DNA of 64,000 nucleotides from positions 160,001 to 224,000 of the forward strand of contig CAVZYA010000003.1 of NCBI GenBank assembly GCA_963779415.1, given 5' to 3'. Of the stretch, positions 60,485 through 64,000 are shown piece by piece (within the stretch, counting starts at the first letter, position 1; the number at the start of each line of letters is the position of its first letter). The notes under the pieces are model-generated. The model saw only the letters and a program-made list of their open reading frames with translations. It was not told the origin of the DNA and made no database searches. This DNA comes from an uncultured Acidobacteriota bacterium. GTDB taxonomy: Bacteria; Acidobacteriota; Thermoanaerobaculia; UBA5066. Both the position numbers and the translations under genes were made by a program.

Positions 60485-60735
60485 AGCTTGTCGAGAGATT
60501 CCCCAGCGAGGAGGTCGAGTTCCTTCAGCTCTACGGAGAGCGATGCCCTCGTAGCGTTCGAGGCGCGCCGGTATCCCTCTCGCAGGCTGACCCGGTCCGT
60601 CACTTCCTGAAGAAGGCGAAGACCACGGCGGACGACCTCGACCTTCGTCCTGGCCTTGAGCCTCGCTTGCAGAGACAGAACGAGCTTCAGCTCATCCGGT
60701 GGCAGCGTGATGCTCGACTTGGTATTCACTTTCAT
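60481..60735 (-). CDS. Putative ribbon-helix-helix antitoxin
   Basis: 84 aa, KSSITLP..., 4-nt overlap with the toxin start. Confidence 0.7.
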   Translation of the reverse strand: MKVNTKSSITLPPDELKLVLSLQARLKARTKVEVVRRGLRLLQEVTDRVSLREGYRRASNATRASLSVELKELDLLAGESLDKL

Positions 60736-60801
60736 ACCTGAATGATACCCTCGTTCGCCCCGGGCTTCAATGGCACGGCGGGAGACCGGGGTTCCAGGAC
60801 T

Positions 60802-61470
60802 TCACTCCCGGTGGCCGGCCTCCGGCTTCTTCATCGACGAGAAGGGAACGTCGAGGACCGGATAGTCACGCCAGTCCTTGTAGTCGAAATGCCACCATTC
60901 CCACGGATAGACGAAGAAGCCTTCCTGCTCCATCGCGTTTCGCAGCAGGTCGCGGCGCCTGAGGGCCTCCTTCGGCCCTTCCTCGTACGTCACGTACGAC
61001 CGCTTCGACATCTCGTCGTAGGCGCCCCCCATGTCGGCCTGCTTCCCGGTGGCGAGGTCGACCAGCGAGAGGTCGACCGCACACCCCCGGTTGTGTCGCG
61101 AGCCGGACCTCGGGTCGGCGACGAAGATCTTCTTGTCGTCGGGCGTCAGGTCCCAGAACTGCTTCGTCACCCTCCACGGCCGGTAGCCGTCGAAGACGAC
61201 GAGCGCCCAGCCCTTCTTCTTCAGCGCCTCGTTCACGCGGACGAGCGCCTCGGCGGCCGGGCGCTGCAGGAAGGCGCGCGCCTCCGGATAGAAAGGCCGC
61301 CCGAACTCGTTCTTCGCGCTCGCGTAACGGACGTCGAGCCGGATCGTCGGATCGAGCGTCCCCATCTCGACGAGGTCCGGCGCCCGGAGCGGGCGCATCT
61401 CCTTCGGCGGGCCCTCCTGGGCGAGAAGTGAGAGCGGAAGGAAGAGAGTAGCCGCGAGCATGCGTCGCAT
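60802..61470 (-). CDS. ddpX: D-alanyl-D-alanine dipeptidase (M15D, VanX/DdpX-like) with signal peptide
   Basis: FDGYRP, GSRHNRGCAVD, EWWHFDY. Confidence 0.9.
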   Translation of the reverse strand: MRRMLAATLFLPLSLLAQEGPPKEMRPLRAPDLVEMGTLDPTIRLDVRYASAKNEFGRPFYPEARAFLQRPAAEALVRVNEALKKKGWALVVFDGYRPWRVTKQFWDLTPDDKKIFVADPRSGSRHNRGCAVDLSLVDLATGKQADMGGAYDEMSKRSYVTYEEGPKEALRRRDLLRNAMEQEGFFVYPWEWWHFDYKDWRDYPVLDVPFSSMKKPEAGHRE

Positions 61471-61512
61471 GGAGCGCGAGCTTACCCCTCCCCTGTTACG
61501 CTTCTTCCCCGA

Positions 61513-62484
61513 ATGAAGCTCGTGATCCAGATCCCGGCGTGGGACGAGGAGGCGCAGATCGCCGCCGCCCTCGCCGAGCTTCCGACGGACGTTCCCGGAT
61601 TCGACGAGGTCGAGACGCTCGTCGTGGACGACGGCTCGACCGACGGGACGGCCGAAGCGGCGCGAAAGGCGGGGGCCGACTACGTCGTCCGCCTCCCCCT
61701 CCATCGCGGCCTCGCCACCGCGTGGCGGGCCGGGCTCGATGCGGCGCTCCGTCTCGGGGCGGACGTCATCGTCTCCACGGACGCCGACCGGCAGTACGCG
61801 GCGAAGGAGATCGGGCGACTCGTGGAGCCGATTCTCAAGGGCGAGGCCGAGATCGTCGTCGGGGACCGCGGCGTCGCGACGAAGCCGGACTTCTCGGCCG
61901 GCAAGCGGATCGCGCAGCGGCTCGGTTCGTGGGCCGTCCGCCGGGCCTCGGGGGCCGAGGTCCCGGACGCGGCCTCGGGTTTTCGCGCGCTGACGCGCGA
62001 CGCGGCGCTGACCCTGAACGTCTTCTCGAAGATGACGTATACCGTCGAGACGCTGATCCAGGCCGGCAACAAGCAGATGAAGGTGGCGGCCGTCCGGATC
62101 GAAACGAACCCTCCGGTCCGCCCCTCGCGCCTTATCCGCCGTCCCTGGCGCTACGCCGCGGTCCAGGGCGCCAACATCCTCCGGATCTCGGCTCTCTACA
62201 AGCCGCTTCCCGTCTTCTTCGGGTTCGCGGCGCTGCAGCTCCTCGCGGCGCTCGTCCTCGTCGGCCGCTACGTCCTTTTCGTCCTCACCGGACAGAACCC
62301 CGGCGGCCACGTCCAGTCGCTCCTTCTCGCCGCGGTCCTCGGCATCGCCGCCCTCTTCACGTTTCTCGTCGGCCTCGTCGCCGACCTCATCTCCATCAAT
62401 CGGACGCTTCTCGAGGAGCTGGTGCTCGAAGCGCGGCGGCGCGACGCCGACGGCGGGACGAAGAAGGACGACGCGCCTCTCTGA
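61513..62484 (+). CDS. GT2 glycosyltransferase with two C-terminal TM helices (DPM1/GtrB-like)
   Basis: IQIPAWDEE, VDDGSTDGT, TDADRQY, DAASGFRA. Confidence 0.88.
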   Translation: MKLVIQIPAWDEEAQIAAALAELPTDVPGFDEVETLVVDDGSTDGTAEAARKAGADYVVRLPLHRGLATAWRAGLDAALRLGADVIVSTDADRQYAAKEIGRLVEPILKGEAEIVVGDRGVATKPDFSAGKRIAQRLGSWAVRRASGAEVPDAASGFRALTRDAALTLNVFSKMTYTVETLIQAGNKQMKVAAVRIETNPPVRPSRLIRRPWRYAAVQGANILRISALYKPLPVFFGFAALQLLAALVLVGRYVLFVLTGQNPGGHVQSLLLAAVLGIAALFTFLVGLVADLISINRTLLEELVLEARRRDADGGTKKDDAPL

Positions 62485-62491
62485 GGCCCGA

Positions 62492-64000
62492 TCAGCCCCG
62501 CCAGGGCCCGCCCAGCATGTTGGAGGCCGGGGCGAGGAGAAGCTTCTTCCGCTTCCGCGCCCGCTCGGGGAACCGCTTGGCCACCTCGCGAGCGAAGCTC
62601 GCCTTGACGCGGGCGAAGAGCTGGCTCCATGAGTAATGGAGCGGGTAGATGCGGCGCCCCATCAGGAAGGCGCGGACGAAGAAGTAGGCGAGGAAGTAGA
62701 GCTTCGTCCATGGCCGCCGGACGAGGTGCTTCACCGCGAAGTTCCGGAGGAAGGGGAAGACGAGAAGCACCGGCCCGAGGTAGGAGACGTTGATCTGCTC
62801 CATCTTCTCCCGCTCGGTGAAGCAGCCGAAGGGCGAGCCAGACTGGAACGACTCGTTGAGCGTCTCGAAGTCGCCGTCGAAGGCGCCCGTGTCGATCACG
62901 TACTGTGTGATCGGCGCCCCCGGGAAGGGATAGAGCGTCGCGAACTCCCCCGCCGACACCCGGCAGTTCACGTTGATGTCGAGCGACTCCAGCTCGTACT
63001 CGAGGTCGGTGTGCCGGAGGCCCAGCGCCCGGAGCTGCTCCGTCACCGCCTCCCGGACCCCCATCGGGACCGCGCCCTCTCCGGCGAGCGCATTCCGAAG
63101 CTCCTCGACCGGAATCCGGAAGTGCTCCTCGAGGTGTGTCACGAGCGCGGAGGCCTTCGGACCGAAGTCCGGGTCCTCCATCCCAGGGATGAGCGGCGTC
63201 GGGACGGCGAGGATCGTGTTCGAGAAGGTGTGGACGCCGCGGCTCCGGCAGTAGTCGAAGGCGAAGCGGATGTCCTCTTCCGACATCCCGCGCTTCATCA
63301 CGTGCTTGCGGATGAAGTCGTTCCCCGACTCGATCGACATGTAGATCGAATGGAGGCCGGCCTTCTTCAGGACGTCGACGATCTCCGGGCTCTTCCGGAC
63401 GAGGTCGCACCGCGTCAGGCAGTGAAACGGCCGGCCGACGACCTTTGGGTACTTCTCCGCGAACTCCTCGAGCCAGTCGTCCACGCGGAAGACGAAGATG
63501 TCGTCGTTGAACTTGACGAACTGCGTCGGCCAGCGGCGGACGAGGTCGGAAAGCTCGGCGAGAAGGCGGTCGACCGAATAGCGGTTGATCGTCTTCCCCT
63601 TCCCCTTGTACATCTGATTGAAGCGCGCGTTGAAGCAGTAGGTGCAGGGGTAGGGGCAGCCGCGCGAGGCGATGTGCGTCCGCATCCCGAAGTAGCGGAG
63701 CTGCGTGTTGTCGTAGACGAGGGCGCGATCCAGATACGGCAAGTCGTCGAGAAAGTTCGTCCGCTCGCCGAGGAGGATCGTCCCGTCCGGCCGGCGGTTC
63801 GTCCGCGTGACCATTCCGGGAATCGCGTCCGGCGACTCGTTCTTCGAAAGGGCCCGGAGGAGAGCGGGCCACGACTGGTCCGCCTCGCCGACCGCCATGA
63901 AATCGAGCCGGGTCTCCTCGACGGGGAGGATCTCGCGCCGCTTGCCGTCCCCGTTCGCTTTGGGGTGAAGCTCCTCTCCCTCGAGCCGCATCCGCTGGTA
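62492..64000 (-). CDS. B12-binding-type radical SAM protein, N-terminus outside window
   Basis: VGEAD, LD.LP.LDR, SRGCPYPCTYCFN, DDIF, SIESGN. Confidence 0.85.
   Translation of the reverse strand, partial: YQRMRLEGEELHPKANGDGKRREILPVEETRLDFMAVGEADQSWPALLRALSKNESPDAIPGMVTRTNRRPDGTILLGERTNFLDDLPYLDRALVYDNTQLRYFGMRTHIASRGCPYPCTYCFNARFNQMYKGKGKTINRYSVDRLLAELSDLVRRWPTQFVKFNDDIFVFRVDDWLEEFAEKYPKVVGRPFHCLTRCDLVRKSPEIVDVLKKAGLHSIYMSIESGNDFIRKHVMKRGMSEEDIRFAFDYCRSRGVHTFSNTILAVPTPLIPGMEDPDFGPKASALVTHLEEHFRIPVEELRNALAGEGAVPMGVREAVTEQLRALGLRHTDLEYELESLDINVNCRVSAGEFATLYPFPGAPITQYVIDTGAFDGDFETLNESFQSGSPFGCFTEREKMEQINVSYLGPVLLVFPFLRNFAVKHLVRRPWTKLYFLAYFFVRAFLMGRRIYPLHYSWSQLFARVKASFAREVAKRFPERARKRKKLLLAPASNMLGGPWRG

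Noticed and set aside
60802-61470. Vancomycin resistance locus (vanX)
   Set aside because: No vanH/vanA/vanRS neighbours; a signal-peptide-bearing stand-alone M15D peptidase is ordinary cell-wall metabolism

Overview
High-GC bacterial chromosomal window, probably Acidobacteriota and Thermoanaerobaculia-like (inferred from gene content such as short PheT, the multi-TM Ser/Thr kinase and the surface-protein domain style; not proven). Apparent 1-nt frameshifts are dense in the first ~15 kb and sparse after, which points to long-read consensus error. The left part holds a ~5.3 kb collagen-like (Gly-X-Thr) surface-protein gene with six Trp-rich modules. It is preceded by a sigma-54 promoter, an IHF-like site and candidate enhancer sites, and sits next to wecB, a GT2, a tandem GT-C membrane protein and a TPR gene. 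Next come SpoIID, an amino-acid permease and PLP enzyme, Moco genes split by a GMC/TPP operon, ribBA, tamA/tamB, nadK-tlyA, two Zn-dehydrogenases, xseAB-ispA and mscL. A secreted P1-nuclease/PLC-like protein follows, then the conserved tRNA-Val x2-thrS-infC(ATT)-rpmI-rplT-pheST-zapBA-6S RNA-rny-ymdB block, a kinase, an intact mazEF-like pair, ddpX, a GT2 and a partial radical SAM gene. Main oddities: TANNNT boxes 6-9 nt before start codons (leaderless genes), two toxin-like genes that appear internally deleted, and a small tandem-repeat/hairpin element behind a perfect TATAAT. No CRISPR, transposase, integrase or reverse transcriptase was seen.
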